This document shows positions 1 to 9,731 of a stretch of DNA of 64,000 bases, in pieces. Source of the stretch: an uncultured Candidatus Rokubacteria bacterium (GTDB lineage: Bacteria > Methylomirabilota > Methylomirabilia > Rokubacteriales > CSP1-6); the NCBI GenBank assembly GCA_963771355.1, contig CAVYTA010000007.1, positions 320,001-384,000 of the forward strand, in the 5' to 3' direction. The number at the start of each line of letters is the position of its first letter. Position 1 is the first letter of the stretch. Under the pieces are notes generated by a model that had not been told where the DNA came from, searched no databases, and saw nothing but the letters and a program-made list of their open reading frames with translations. A program made the position numbers and the translations under genes.

Positions 1-1
1 G

Positions 2-1189
2 AGCCGGATGCGGCTCGTCCAGATCGGCGGCACCAATGGCAAGGGATCCGCCTCGGCCATGCTGGCGGCCATGCTCCACTCGGCCGGCCTCCGCACCGGG
101 CTCTACACGTCCCCGCATCTCCGCTCCGTGCGCGAGCGCATCCGGGTGGACGGCCGCTGCATCGCCGAGGACGACCTGGCGGACGGTGTGGACGCCCTCG
201 GCACGCTCTTCGCGCGGCTGGACGCCACCGTCTTCGAGGCCACCACCGCGCTCGCCCTCGATCACTTCGCGCGGGCGGGCGTCGAGGTGGCGGTGCTGGA
301 GGTGGGCCTGGGCGGCCGGCTCGACGCCACCACCGTCGGGCGCCCCCACGTGAGCGTGCTGACCCGCATCGACTATGACCACCAGGCGCTCCTGGGCGAT
401 ACCCTGGCGCGGATCGCCTGGGACAAGGCGCATATCATCCGCAGCGGGGTGGCGGTGTCGGCGCGCCAGGAGCCCGAGGCGGAGACGCCCATCCTGGAGC
501 GCGCGGCCGCGGTCGGCGTGCCGCTCCTTCTGGAGGGACGCGAGCTCGGCGTCTCGGTGCGCGAGGCGTCCCTCGACGGGCAGCGGCTCGACCTGACCGG
601 GCCCGACTGGCGCATCGAGGACGCGCGCTGTGCGCTGCTGGGTCCCCATCAGCCGAGCAATGCGCTGGTGGCGGTGGCCGCCGCGCGCGTCATGGGCGCG
701 GGCGAGGCGGCGATACGGCGGGGGCTCGCGGAGGTGCGCTGGCCGGGGCGCTTTCAGGTGCTCGCCGGCTCGCCCACCGTGATCCTGGACGGCGCCCACA
801 ATCCCGGCGGCGCCCGGGCGCTGGCCGCCTCGCTCCGCGCGTATTTTCCCGGGCGCCCGGTCGCCTTCGTGCTGGGCATCTCCGCCGACAAGGACCTGGC
901 CGGCATTCTCTCCCCGCTCCTGCCCCTGGCCGAGCGTGTCGTCTTCACGGCGGCGAACTCGCCGCGCGCGGCCGACCCCGAATCCCTCCGTGAGCTCGCG
1001 CGGCACCTGGGGCCGTTGCCCGGGGAGCGCCTTGCCGTCGCCGCTCGGCCGGCCGACGCCCTCGCCCGGCTACGACGGGAGAGCCCCGACGCGCTGGTGT
1101 GCGCGGCCGGCTCCCTGTTCCTGCTCGGCGAGCTCCTGTCCGACCGCCCGGAAACGCTCGATATGCTTTGCGGAATTGACGCCGGCTGA
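2..1189 (+). CDS. folC: Bifunctional folylpolyglutamate synthase/dihydrofolate synthase (5' end probably outside the window)
   Basis: GTNGKGS P-loop, YTSPHL, EVGLGGRLDAT, WPGRF and DGAHN motifs; frame is open to the window edge. Confidence 0.95.
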   Translation, partial: SRMRLVQIGGTNGKGSASAMLAAMLHSAGLRTGLYTSPHLRSVRERIRVDGRCIAEDDLADGVDALGTLFARLDATVFEATTALALDHFARAGVEVAVLEVGLGGRLDATTVGRPHVSVLTRIDYDHQALLGDTLARIAWDKAHIIRSGVAVSARQEPEAETPILERAAAVGVPLLLEGRELGVSVREASLDGQRLDLTGPDWRIEDARCALLGPHQPSNALVAVAAARVMGAGEAAIRRGLAEVRWPGRFQVLAGSPTVILDGAHNPGGARALAASLRAYFPGRPVAFVLGISADKDLAGILSPLLPLAERVVFTAANSPRAADPESLRELARHLGPLPGERLAVAARPADALARLRRESPDALVCAAGSLFLLGELLSDRPETLDMLCGIDAG

Positions 1190-1211
1190 TATAGCATGTG
1201 CGCTGAGCTCA

Positions 1212-3407
1212 ATGCCGTCCACACGCGCGCGTGCAGTCTGGGGCGCCCTGCTCCTCGTCCTGCCGCTGGTCCTGGGTTCGCCCGGAGCCGGCCTTGCCCA
1301 GTCCCCCCGGTCTCCCGTCACGATTCAGCAGGAGGGGGCCGGCGAGGTGACCGTGATCGCGGATCAGATGCAGCAGGTGACCGGCCCTCCCGATCTGCTC
1401 ATCGCGGTCGGCAATGTCGAGATCGTGCGCGGGGGCTCCCGACTCCTCGCCGACCGGGTGGAGCTCAATCGCGATACGGGCGAGGCGATCGCGCAGGGCA
1501 AGGTCGTCTTCTACGACGGCCAGGACCGGCTGGTCGGCGATCGTGTGGACTACAATCTCAAGACCGGCACCGGCGTCGTCTACAACGCCAACGCCTTCGC
1601 CGCGCCGTACTACTCGTTGAGCGGGCAGCGTCTCGACCGCATCGGCGAGGGCGTCTATGCGGCGCAGGACGCGGTCTTCACCACCTGCGAGGGTGACAAC
1701 CCGGCCTGGTCCTTCCGGGTGGGCTCGTGTGTGGCGGACCTCAATGACATCGTGACCGGCCGGGATGCCTCGTTCTGGGTGGGCAAGGTCCCCCTCATCC
1801 CGTGGTTCCCGTGGTTCGCCGCCGCCATCCGGCGCGAGCGGCAGTCCGGCTTCCTCTTCCCGCAGGTGGGCATCTCCAGCAACAAGGGCTTCTTCACGCG
1901 GGTGCCCTATTACTGGGCCATCGACGACAGTCAGGATCTCACGGTGTCGCTGGACACCTTCACCTCCCGCGGGGTGGGATCGAGCATCGAGTACCGCTAT
2001 ATCCAGTCCCAGAACGCCGCCGGCTCGCTGACTGGCTTCTTCGTCCACGAGGCCTTCGACGATAACGAGACGCGCGGCGTCGGTATTGCCAAGCACACCT
2101 GGGACATCGCGCCGGGGCTCTCTTTCAAGGTGGACGCCAACGTCACCACCGACGACAAGGTGTACCGCGAGTACGGCGACCGGCTCCAGGAGCGCTCGAA
2201 CCAGCGGGCGGAGACCAATGTCTTCGTCACCAAGCGCTGGGATACCTGGAATCTCGTCGGCAATATCCTCTGGTACCAGGACTTGACCGTCGACCGGCCG
2301 GTGGAGCTCCAGCGCGTGCCGGAGATCCGTCTCGACGGGTTGCGTCAGCCCATTCCGGGGATGCCCGGGTTCTTCTACGAGACCCAGGCCTCCTTCACGA
2401 ACTTCATCCGGGAGGTGGGTTCCAGTGGGCTGCGCACCGATCTGCACCCCCGCGTGTCCTATCCGATCCCGGTGGGCGGATACTTCACGGTGACGCCCTT
2501 CGCCGGCGGGCGCGCCACCTACTACGACAAGCGCGTGGTGGGGACGCGGGTGACGCGGATAAATGACTCCGAGGGGATCGAGATCGAGGAGACGGTGGAC
2601 GACCCCCGGGTCCGCGCCCAGATAGAGGGCGGCGTCGAGCTGGAGACCCGGCTCACGCGCGTCTGGGCGGTGGACGGGACCTGGGGCCTGTCCGCGCTGC
2701 AACACGTGATCGAGCCCCGCGCCACCTGGACGGAGATCCGCGGGGTGAACCAGAAGGACAATCCCCAGTACGATCCCGTCATCGACGACATCGGCAAGAC
2801 GAGCCAGGTGACGTACTCCATCACCCAGCGGCTCAACGCCAAGACGGTGGCCGGCCCCAACCAGGAAGCGGTGCGCTGGGAGGCCGTGCGCTTCGTCCTG
2901 GCCCAGACCTACAACCTCCTCCCCGCCGCGGACCAGCCCTTCAAGGACCTCAGGGCCGAGGTCATCTTGCGACCCAATCAAATGTTCGGCTTTCGCGGGG
3001 ACGCGGCCTGGAACCTCTACGGGCTGGGGCTGCGCACCGCCACCGCCGACGTCAACGGGACCTACAAAGACGTCACCGCCGCGCTGGGCGTACGCTACAA
3101 CGACATCAACGTGGACCCCCCGGTTGGAACGCGCCTCGACGACGAGCTCGAGCCGAGGTACTCCAACGTCAATGCCGAGGTCGCGGCCCGGATCACGACA
3201 CACGTCAATGCGCGCGCCTCGAGCCACTGGGACCTGAGGAAAGGCACCAAGGTCGAGAATCGCTTCGGGGTGGACATCCACTTCCAGTGTTGGGCTATCC
3301 TGCTGGAGTACGTGGATCGGCACAAGGACGAGGACGAGTTCCGCTTCTCGATCAACCTGCTCGGGATAGGACAGACGGGCACGCGCTTCGGGACGGGAAT
3401 CCGCTAG
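1212..3407 (+). CDS. lptD: LPS-assembly outer membrane protein LptD
   Basis: Signal peptide after ATG 1212; OstA-like N-domain (ADRVELNRDTGEAIAQGKV); FTTC, RQSGFLFP, PYYWAI; beta-barrel with C-terminal QCW. Confidence 0.9.
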   Translation: MPSTRARAVWGALLLVLPLVLGSPGAGLAQSPRSPVTIQQEGAGEVTVIADQMQQVTGPPDLLIAVGNVEIVRGGSRLLADRVELNRDTGEAIAQGKVVFYDGQDRLVGDRVDYNLKTGTGVVYNANAFAAPYYSLSGQRLDRIGEGVYAAQDAVFTTCEGDNPAWSFRVGSCVADLNDIVTGRDASFWVGKVPLIPWFPWFAAAIRRERQSGFLFPQVGISSNKGFFTRVPYYWAIDDSQDLTVSLDTFTSRGVGSSIEYRYIQSQNAAGSLTGFFVHEAFDDNETRGVGIAKHTWDIAPGLSFKVDANVTTDDKVYREYGDRLQERSNQRAETNVFVTKRWDTWNLVGNILWYQDLTVDRPVELQRVPEIRLDGLRQPIPGMPGFFYETQASFTNFIREVGSSGLRTDLHPRVSYPIPVGGYFTVTPFAGGRATYYDKRVVGTRVTRINDSEGIEIEETVDDPRVRAQIEGGVELETRLTRVWAVDGTWGLSALQHVIEPRATWTEIRGVNQKDNPQYDPVIDDIGKTSQVTYSITQRLNAKTVAGPNQEAVRWEAVRFVLAQTYNLLPAADQPFKDLRAEVILRPNQMFGFRGDAAWNLYGLGLRTATADVNGTYKDVTAALGVRYNDINVDPPVGTRLDDELEPRYSNVNAEVAARITTHVNARASSHWDLRKGTKVENRFGVDIHFQCWAILLEYVDRHKDEDEFRFSINLLGIGQTGTRFGTGIR

Positions 3408-3411
3408 CCCC

Positions 3412-4530
3412 ATGACCGAGATCCGGGTTCCGCAGATCGACCTCAAGCGCCAGCACGCGGCCCTGCGCGCCGAGCTGCTGGAGGCGACGGAGCGCGTGCT
3501 CACCTCGGCGTGGTTCATCATGGGGCCGGAAGGCCGGGCGCTGGAGGAGGAGCTGGCGACGGCCTCCGGGGCGCGGTTCGGGGTGGGCCTCAATTCCGGC
3601 ACCGACGCCCTGCTCCTCGCGCTCCGGGCGCTGGGCATCGGGCCCGGCGACGAGGTCATCACCTCGGCCTTCTCGTTCGTGGCGTCCGGGAGCACCATCG
3701 CGCTCGCGGGCGCCACCCCCGTCTTCGTGGACATCGATCCCGCGACCTATAATCTCGATCCCGCGGCAGTCGCCCGTGCCGTCACCCCGCGCACGCGGGC
3801 GGTGGTGCCCGTGCATCTCTACGGCCAGCTCGCCGACATGGTGGCCCTCGAGGCCATCGCGCGGCCGCGCGGGCTCGCGGTGATCGCCGACGCCGCCCAG
3901 GCGGTGGGCGCCGCCTGGGGCGACCGCCCGGTGGGCGCGTGGGGGGACGCGGTGTGCCTGTCGTTCTACCCCACCAAGAACCTCGGCGCCTGCGGGGACG
4001 GCGGCATGCTCCTCACCTCCCGGGAGGACGTGGCGCAGCGGGTGCGCCGGCTCCGCGATCACGGCTCACCGCGGAAGTACGAGCACGTGGAGCTGGGGCA
4101 GTCGAGCCGGCTCGATGATCTCCAGGCGGCCCTGCTTCGCGTCAAGCTGCGCCGGCTGGGCGAGTGGACCGCGGCCCGCCGCCGCCTGGCCGCGCGCTAC
4201 CGCGAGCTCCTGGCCGGCCTGCCCCTCGAGCTGCCCGTCGAGCGGCCCCCCGCTTTCCACGTCTATCACCAGTTCACGGTGCGGGTGGCGCGCCGGGACG
4301 CGGTGGCCCGCCGGCTCGCGGAGCTCGGCATCGGCACCACCGTGCACTACCCGCTGACGATTCCCGCCCAGCCGCTCTTCTGCCCGCTCGACGGGGCGGC
4401 CAAGGTGGCCGCCGAATTTCCGGAGTCCACGCGCGCCGCGCGCGAGGTGCTCTCCCTCCCGTGCTTTCCGGAGCTGACGGACGCCGAGCTCGCCGAGGTG
4501 GCCGCCGCCCTGCGCATCGCGCTGGGCTAG
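3412..4530 (+). CDS. DegT/DnrJ/EryC1/StrS PLP-dependent sugar aminotransferase
   Basis: NSGTDAL, PVHLYGQ, DAAQA, SFYPTKNLGACGDGG. Confidence 0.93.
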   Translation: MTEIRVPQIDLKRQHAALRAELLEATERVLTSAWFIMGPEGRALEEELATASGARFGVGLNSGTDALLLALRALGIGPGDEVITSAFSFVASGSTIALAGATPVFVDIDPATYNLDPAAVARAVTPRTRAVVPVHLYGQLADMVALEAIARPRGLAVIADAAQAVGAAWGDRPVGAWGDAVCLSFYPTKNLGACGDGGMLLTSREDVAQRVRRLRDHGSPRKYEHVELGQSSRLDDLQAALLRVKLRRLGEWTAARRRLAARYRELLAGLPLELPVERPPAFHVYHQFTVRVARRDAVARRLAELGIGTTVHYPLTIPAQPLFCPLDGAAKVAAEFPESTRAAREVLSLPCFPELTDAELAEVAAALRIALG

Positions 4531-4537
4531 GCGCGCC

Positions 4538-5422
4538 ATGGGACTGGTCGCTGCCGTCCTCGCCTCGCTGCGCCCGCGGCAGTGGGCGAAGAACCTCTTC
4601 GTCTTCGCGGGCGTCATCTTCTCGCAACAGCTGTTCACTCCCCAGGTGTGGCGGGCGGTGGCCGCGTTCGCGCTCTTCTGCGCGCTCTCCGGCGCCATCT
4701 ACCTCCTGAACGACGTGGCGGACGCGGAGAAAGACCGCCTGCATCCCACCAAGCGCCGCCGGCCGGTGGCCTCGGGCGCGCTGTCCCGCGGGCTCGCGCT
4801 GGGCATCGGCGTCGCCCTCCTCGCGGCGAGCGTGGTGGTGTCGTTCGGCCTGGGGGTCCCCTTCGGCCTGGTGGCGGTCAGCTACGGGGTGCTCCTCACC
4901 GCGTACTCTGTGTGGCTGAAGCACCTCGTCATCCTCGACGTGCTCACGGTGGCGGTGGGCTTCGTGCTCCGGGCGGTGGCGGGGGCGGTGGCGGTGGGCG
5001 CGGACATCTCCGGGTGGCTGCTCATCTGCACCGTGCTCATCGCGCTCTTCCTCGCGCTGGGCAAGCGCCGGCACGAGTACCTCATGTTGAAGGGAGCCGC
5101 CGCCGCCCATCGACCCATCCTGGCCGAGTACAGCGAGGGGTTCATCGACCAGATGATCGCGGTGGTCACGTCCTCGGCGGTGACCGCTTACGCGCTCTAC
5201 ACCATGTCGCCGGAGACGGTGGCCAAGTTCCATACCCGGCTGCTGCCGCTCACGCTGCCCTTCGTGCTCTACGGGATCTTCCGCTACCTCTACCTCCTCT
5301 ACCGCCGTGAGCTGGGCGGCAATCCCTCGGACCTCGTCCTGTCCGACCGCTCGCTCCTGCTGAACACCACCCTCTGGATGGCCGCCGTCCTCGTGCTGAT
5401 CTACGGCCCGTGGGGACGTTGA
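4538..5422 (+). CDS. UbiA-family decaprenyl-phosphate phosphoribosyltransferase-like protein
   Basis: RPRQWAKN, YLLNDVADAEKDRLHPTKRRRP, GKRRHE; multi-TM; directly upstream of dprE1. Confidence 0.88.
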   Translation: MGLVAAVLASLRPRQWAKNLFVFAGVIFSQQLFTPQVWRAVAAFALFCALSGAIYLLNDVADAEKDRLHPTKRRRPVASGALSRGLALGIGVALLAASVVVSFGLGVPFGLVAVSYGVLLTAYSVWLKHLVILDVLTVAVGFVLRAVAGAVAVGADISGWLLICTVLIALFLALGKRRHEYLMLKGAAAAHRPILAEYSEGFIDQMIAVVTSSAVTAYALYTMSPETVAKFHTRLLPLTLPFVLYGIFRYLYLLYRRELGGNPSDLVLSDRSLLLNTTLWMAAVLVLIYGPWGR

Positions 5423-7620
5423 CCCTCCCGGTCGCGCGCGCGGCCGTGGCGGGGTGGGGCCGCTTTCCCGTCCGTCCCGGGCGGGTGGTGCGTCCCGAGC
5501 GGCTGGAGCTTCCCGCGGGCGAGTCCCTGGTGCTGCCGCGCGGACTGGGTCGCGCCTACGGCGACGCGGCGGTGCCCTGGCGCGAGGCGACCCTGGTGCT
5601 GGAGACCGGGCGCGCCGACCGCATCCTCGACTGGGATCCCGTGACCGGCCGGCTCACTGCGGAAGCGGGGCTGTCCCTGTCCGAGGTGCTGCGGCTCTTC
5701 GTCCCCCGCGGCTGGTTCCCGCCCGTGACCCCGGGGACCAAGTTCGTGACCCTGGGCGGGTGCGTGGCCACGGACGTGCACGGCAAGAACCACCACCGAG
5801 ACGGCTCCTTCGCCAGCTTCGTGGACCGGCTCACCCTGCTGACCGCGGAGGGGAAGACGGTGGCATGCGGGCCCGACCTCGAGCGGGAGCTCTTCCTCGC
5901 CACCGTGGGCGGGATGGGGCTCACCGGCCTCATCACCGAGGTGACCCTCCGCCTGCGGCCGGTCGAGTCGGGCTGGATCGTCATGGAGAGCGAGGGCGTG
6001 CCGGACCTCGATCACATGGTGAGCGCCCTGGAATCGAGCGGCCGGGACTGGCCCTATACCGTGGGCTGGATCGACTGCCTGGCCTCGGGCGCCGGGCTGG
6101 GGCGCGGCGTGCTGCTGCGCGGCCGTCACGCCGCGCGCGCGGAGGTCCCGGGCGACGATCCGCGCGCGCGGCGCACCCTGCGCGTGCCCCTGGACGCCCC
6201 CGAGTGGCTCCTCAGCCCGCCCGCCATGCGCGCCTTCAACGGGCTTTACTACTGGCTCAAGGCCGGCCGGCGCGGCGGCGGCCGCGCGGGGGCCCGGCCC
6301 CACCTCGTCTCCTACGAGTCCTTCTTCTACCCGCTGGACGCGCTCGGCGACTGGAATCGCCTCTACGGCCGGCGCGGCTTTCTCCAGTACCAGTGCGTGG
6401 TGCCCCGGGCGGTCGGGCGGGCGGCGACGCGCGAGCTCCTGGAGCGTCTCGCGCACGCGGGGGCGGCGTCCTTCCTCGCCGTGATCAAGGACTGCGGGCC
6501 TGCCGGCCCCGCGCCCCTCTCGTTCCCGCTGGAGGGAATCACCCTGGCGCTGGACTTGCCCCACCGGGGGCCGCCCACCGTGGCCCTCGTGCATGAGCTC
6601 AACGCCACCGTGATGGCGGCGGGCGGCCGCATCTATCTCGCCAAGGATGCCGTCACGCGCGCGGAGGACTTCGCGCGCATGACCCCGCGCCTGGCCGAAT
6701 GGCAGGCGCTCCGGGACCGCTGGGATCCCGCGCGGCGCTTCCGCTCCGCCATGTCGGTGCGCCTCTTCGGTGACGGAGTTGATTGGCGAGCCGCAGCCGC
6801 AGGCGAGGCGAGCGGATATGGTGGAGCTTTCCGAGCGGAGCGAGGGGGGCGAGCCGCAGCCGCAGGCGAGGCGAGCGGATACATGAAAGCGGTGTTCGTG
6901 GGCGCCACGCGCGGCATGGGCAAGGCGCTCGCCCGGCGTATGGCCGAGCGGGCCGACGCACTGTACCTCCTGGGCCGCGACGCGGAGGGGCTGGCCCTCG
7001 CCGCGCGCGACCTGGAGGCACGCGGAGCCCGCGCCCCGGTGCGGTCGGGCCCGCTGGACCTGGGCGATCCCGGAGGCTTCGTGGCCGCCCTCGACGCGGC
7101 CGACGCGGCCCTCGATCGCTTCGACACCCTGGTGATCACCGCCGGGCTCTTCGGCGCCCAGGACGCCCTCGCCGCGGACGCGGCGCGGCTCGAGCGGCTG
7201 TTCAGCGTCAACTTCACGGGCACCGCGCTGCTGTGCCAGCTCGCCGCCGACCGCTTGGCCGAGCGCGGGGGCGGGGTCATCTGCGCCTTCAGCTCGGTGG
7301 CGGGGGATCGCGCGCGGGCCGCCAACTACCTCTACGGCGCCTCCAAGGCGGGGCTCTCGGCCTTTCTTGACGGGCTGGGTCTCGCCTACGCCGACCGCGA
7401 CGTCCGGGTGGTCTGCGTGCGGCCCGGCTTCGTGCGCACGGAGATGACCGCCGGCCTGCCCGAGCCTCCCTTCGCGGGCGAGCCGGACACGGTGGCGACG
7501 TCGGCGCTCCGGGCCATGGACGCGGGATCCCCTCGGGTCTACAGCCCCGGCATCTGGCGCTGGATCATGGGCGTGATCCGCGCCTTGCCGCGGTCGGTGG
7601 TGCGACGGCTGCGCGTCTAG
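5419..7620 (+). CDS. DprE1-like FAD oxidoreductase fused in frame to DprE2-like SDR (decaprenylphosphoryl-ribose 2'-epimerase pair)
   Basis: RGLGRAYGDAA, PVTPGTKFVTLGG, DVHGKNHH, YLAKD; SDR part from ATG 6883 (GATRGMG, SSVAGDR, YGASK); TTG 5419 overlaps the ubiA stop (GTG 5410 is an alternative start). Confidence 0.85.
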   Translation: MTLPVARAAVAGWGRFPVRPGRVVRPERLELPAGESLVLPRGLGRAYGDAAVPWREATLVLETGRADRILDWDPVTGRLTAEAGLSLSEVLRLFVPRGWFPPVTPGTKFVTLGGCVATDVHGKNHHRDGSFASFVDRLTLLTAEGKTVACGPDLERELFLATVGGMGLTGLITEVTLRLRPVESGWIVMESEGVPDLDHMVSALESSGRDWPYTVGWIDCLASGAGLGRGVLLRGRHAARAEVPGDDPRARRTLRVPLDAPEWLLSPPAMRAFNGLYYWLKAGRRGGGRAGARPHLVSYESFFYPLDALGDWNRLYGRRGFLQYQCVVPRAVGRAATRELLERLAHAGAASFLAVIKDCGPAGPAPLSFPLEGITLALDLPHRGPPTVALVHELNATVMAAGGRIYLAKDAVTRAEDFARMTPRLAEWQALRDRWDPARRFRSAMSVRLFGDGVDWRAAAAGEASGYGGAFRAERGGRAAAAGEASGYMKAVFVGATRGMGKALARRMAERADALYLLGRDAEGLALAARDLEARGARAPVRSGPLDLGDPGGFVAALDAADAALDRFDTLVITAGLFGAQDALAADAARLERLFSVNFTGTALLCQLAADRLAERGGGVICAFSSVAGDRARAANYLYGASKAGLSAFLDGLGLAYADRDVRVVCVRPGFVRTEMTAGLPEPPFAGEPDTVATSALRAMDAGSPRVYSPGIWRWIMGVIRALPRSVVRRLRV
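6785..6881 (+). repeat. Two identical 34-bp direct repeats (GGCGAGCCGCAGCCGCAGGCGAGGCGAGCGGATA) at 6785-6818 and 6848-6881 with a 29-bp spacer
   Basis: Read directly; the 63-bp period preserves frame and encodes RAAAAGEASGY twice. Confidence 0.95.
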
Positions 7621-7664
7621 GCGGTCCCGGAGCGGGCGGTTGCGAGTCGAGTACAATGGTCACC

Positions 7665-9086
7665 ATGCTGGAGCCCGTGCGCGTCCGCTTTGCGCCCAGT
7701 CCCACCGGCCACCTCCACGTGGGCGGGGCCCGCACTGCGCTGTTCAACTGGGCCTTCGCGCGGCGCCACGGAGGCGTCTTCATCCTCCGGATCGAAGACA
7801 CCGATCGCGAGCGCTCCACCCAGGAGTCTCTCGAGGGGATCCTCGACGCCCTGACGTGGCTCGGGCTCGATTGGGACGAGGGGCCGCCGACGGCCGGCTA
7901 TCGGCAGACCGAGCGCAACGATATCTATCGCGCCCATGCCGACCGGCTGCTCGCCGAGGGCAAGGCCTATCGCTGTCGGTGCACGCCGGCCCTGCTCGAT
8001 TCCCTGCGTACGGCGGCCCAGGCGCGCGGCGAGACCTTCCGCTATCCCGGCACCTGTCGTGACGCGCAGGTGCCCGCCGGCGAGCCGCACGCGCTGCGGC
8101 TCCGCATCCCGGACACCGGGCAAACCGTGGTGGAGGACGTGCTCCACGGGACGGTGGTCTTCGATCATAGCCAGCTCGACGACTGGATCATCGTGCGCAC
8201 GGACGGAACGCCCACCTACAACTTCTGCGCGGTGGTGGACGACGTGACCATGAAGATCACCCACGTGATCCGGGGCGACGACCATCTGTCCAATACGCCG
8301 AAGCAGGTGCAGTGCTATCAGGCGCTCGGCTACCCGACTCCCGTCTTCGCGCATATCCCGCTCATCCTCGGCCCCGACAAGCGCCGGCTCTCGAAGCGCC
8401 ACGGAGCCAGCAGCGTGCAGGCGTTCCGCGAGGAGGGGGTTCTCACCGAGGCGCTCTTCAACTACCTGGCGCGGCTCGGCTGGTCGCACGGCGATCAGGA
8501 GGTCTTCTCGCGCGAGGACGTGGCGGCGCACTTCGATCTCGCCCACGTAGGGCAGGGGGCGGCCGTCTTCGACCGCGCCAAGCTGGAGTGGCTCAACCAG
8601 CACTGGATCAAGACGCTGCCGCCGGAGCAGGTCGTCGAGCGGCTGGTGCCGTTCCTCGAGCGGGCGGGGCTGCCGGTGCCCGCCGACCGCGCCTGGCTCG
8701 CCCGGGTGGTGATCACGCTCCGCGAGCGCGCCCGGACCCTGGTGGAGATGGCGGAGGCCGCGCGCTTCTACTTCGAGCCGCCGGCCGCGTACGATCCCGC
8801 CGCGGTGGCGAAGTTCTGGACCCCGGAGGCACCCGCGCGCTACGCCCTCCTCATCAAGCGCCTCGAGGCCGCGCCGCTCCTGGATCCCCCGGATCTCGAG
8901 GCGTTGTATCGCGGGCTGGCCGCCGAGCTGGAGCTCAAGCTCGTGGACCTCGCCCAGCTCACGCGCATCGCGCTGACCGGCCGCGCGGCCAGCCCGCCCA
9001 TCTTCGAGGTGGTCGCCCTCGTGGGCCGCGACGAGACCCTCCGCCGGCTGCGCGCCGCCCAGGCCGCCGCCGAGGCGCGCCGGTGA
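7665..9086 (+). CDS. gltX: Glutamate--tRNA ligase
   Basis: RFAPSPTGHLHVGG (HIGH-like), LRIEDTD, LSKRH (KMSKS-like); ATG 7665 preferred because ATG 7656 lies inside a TACAAT box. Confidence 0.96.
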   Translation: MLEPVRVRFAPSPTGHLHVGGARTALFNWAFARRHGGVFILRIEDTDRERSTQESLEGILDALTWLGLDWDEGPPTAGYRQTERNDIYRAHADRLLAEGKAYRCRCTPALLDSLRTAAQARGETFRYPGTCRDAQVPAGEPHALRLRIPDTGQTVVEDVLHGTVVFDHSQLDDWIIVRTDGTPTYNFCAVVDDVTMKITHVIRGDDHLSNTPKQVQCYQALGYPTPVFAHIPLILGPDKRRLSKRHGASSVQAFREEGVLTEALFNYLARLGWSHGDQEVFSREDVAAHFDLAHVGQGAAVFDRAKLEWLNQHWIKTLPPEQVVERLVPFLERAGLPVPADRAWLARVVITLRERARTLVEMAEAARFYFEPPAAYDPAAVAKFWTPEAPARYALLIKRLEAAPLLDPPDLEALYRGLAAELELKLVDLAQLTRIALTGRAASPPIFEVVALVGRDETLRRLRAAQAAAEARR

Positions 9087-9721
9087 GGCGGCTGCTGCTC
9101 GCCCGCCACGGCCAGTCCGTGTCGAATGCGGTGCGGCGCTTCCAGGGCGTGCAGGACGTGCCGCTGTCCGAGCTGGGGCGCCGGCAGGCGGAGGCGCTGG
9201 CGGGCGCGCTCCGCGGGCGCCGCATCGCCGCCGTCTACTCGAGCCCGCTGCTGCGCGCCCGCCACACCGCGGAGCTGGCCGCCGCCGCCGTCCAGGCCCC
9301 GCTCGAGTACGTGGACGATCTGCGCGAGCTCTCACTGGGCGAGTGGGAAGGCTGCACGGTGGAGGAGGTCCAGGCCCGGCCCGGCAATCCCTACGCGTGC
9401 TGGGTGCGCGACCCGGTGGGATCGCTCCCGCCCGGCTCGGAGCCCCTGGCCGCCGTGCAGGCGCGCGTGGTCCGTGCCCTCGCCGACATCGAGCGCGCGC
9501 ATCCCAACGGGGACGACGTGCTGGTGGTCTGCCACGGCGGGGTGATCAGCGCCTATCTCGCGCACTGCCTGGGGCTGCCGCTGTCGTCCATCTGGCGCCT
9601 CACGCTCTCGAACTGCTCCATCACCGAGCTGGCGCCGCCGCGCCTGCTCTCGATGAACGTCACCGCGCACCTGGCGGAGGTCGCGGCGCCGCTGAGCGGC
9701 TTCCCGACGCTGTCCCCATGA
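9083..9721 (+). CDS. Histidine phosphatase (phosphoglycerate mutase/CobC family)
   Basis: ARHGQS, SSPLLRA, LRELSLGEWEG, VCHGGVI; GTGA overlap with gltX. Confidence 0.9.
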   Translation: MRRLLLARHGQSVSNAVRRFQGVQDVPLSELGRRQAEALAGALRGRRIAAVYSSPLLRARHTAELAAAAVQAPLEYVDDLRELSLGEWEGCTVEEVQARPGNPYACWVRDPVGSLPPGSEPLAAVQARVVRALADIERAHPNGDDVLVVCHGGVISAYLAHCLGLPLSSIWRLTLSNCSITELAPPRLLSMNVTAHLAEVAAPLSGFPTLSP

Positions 9722-9731
9722 GGGGGCGGCC

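Noticed and set aside
6785..6881. CRISPR mini-array (34-bp repeat, 29-bp spacer)
   Set aside because: Only two repeats, no AT-rich leader, no cas genes, and it lies within an ORF
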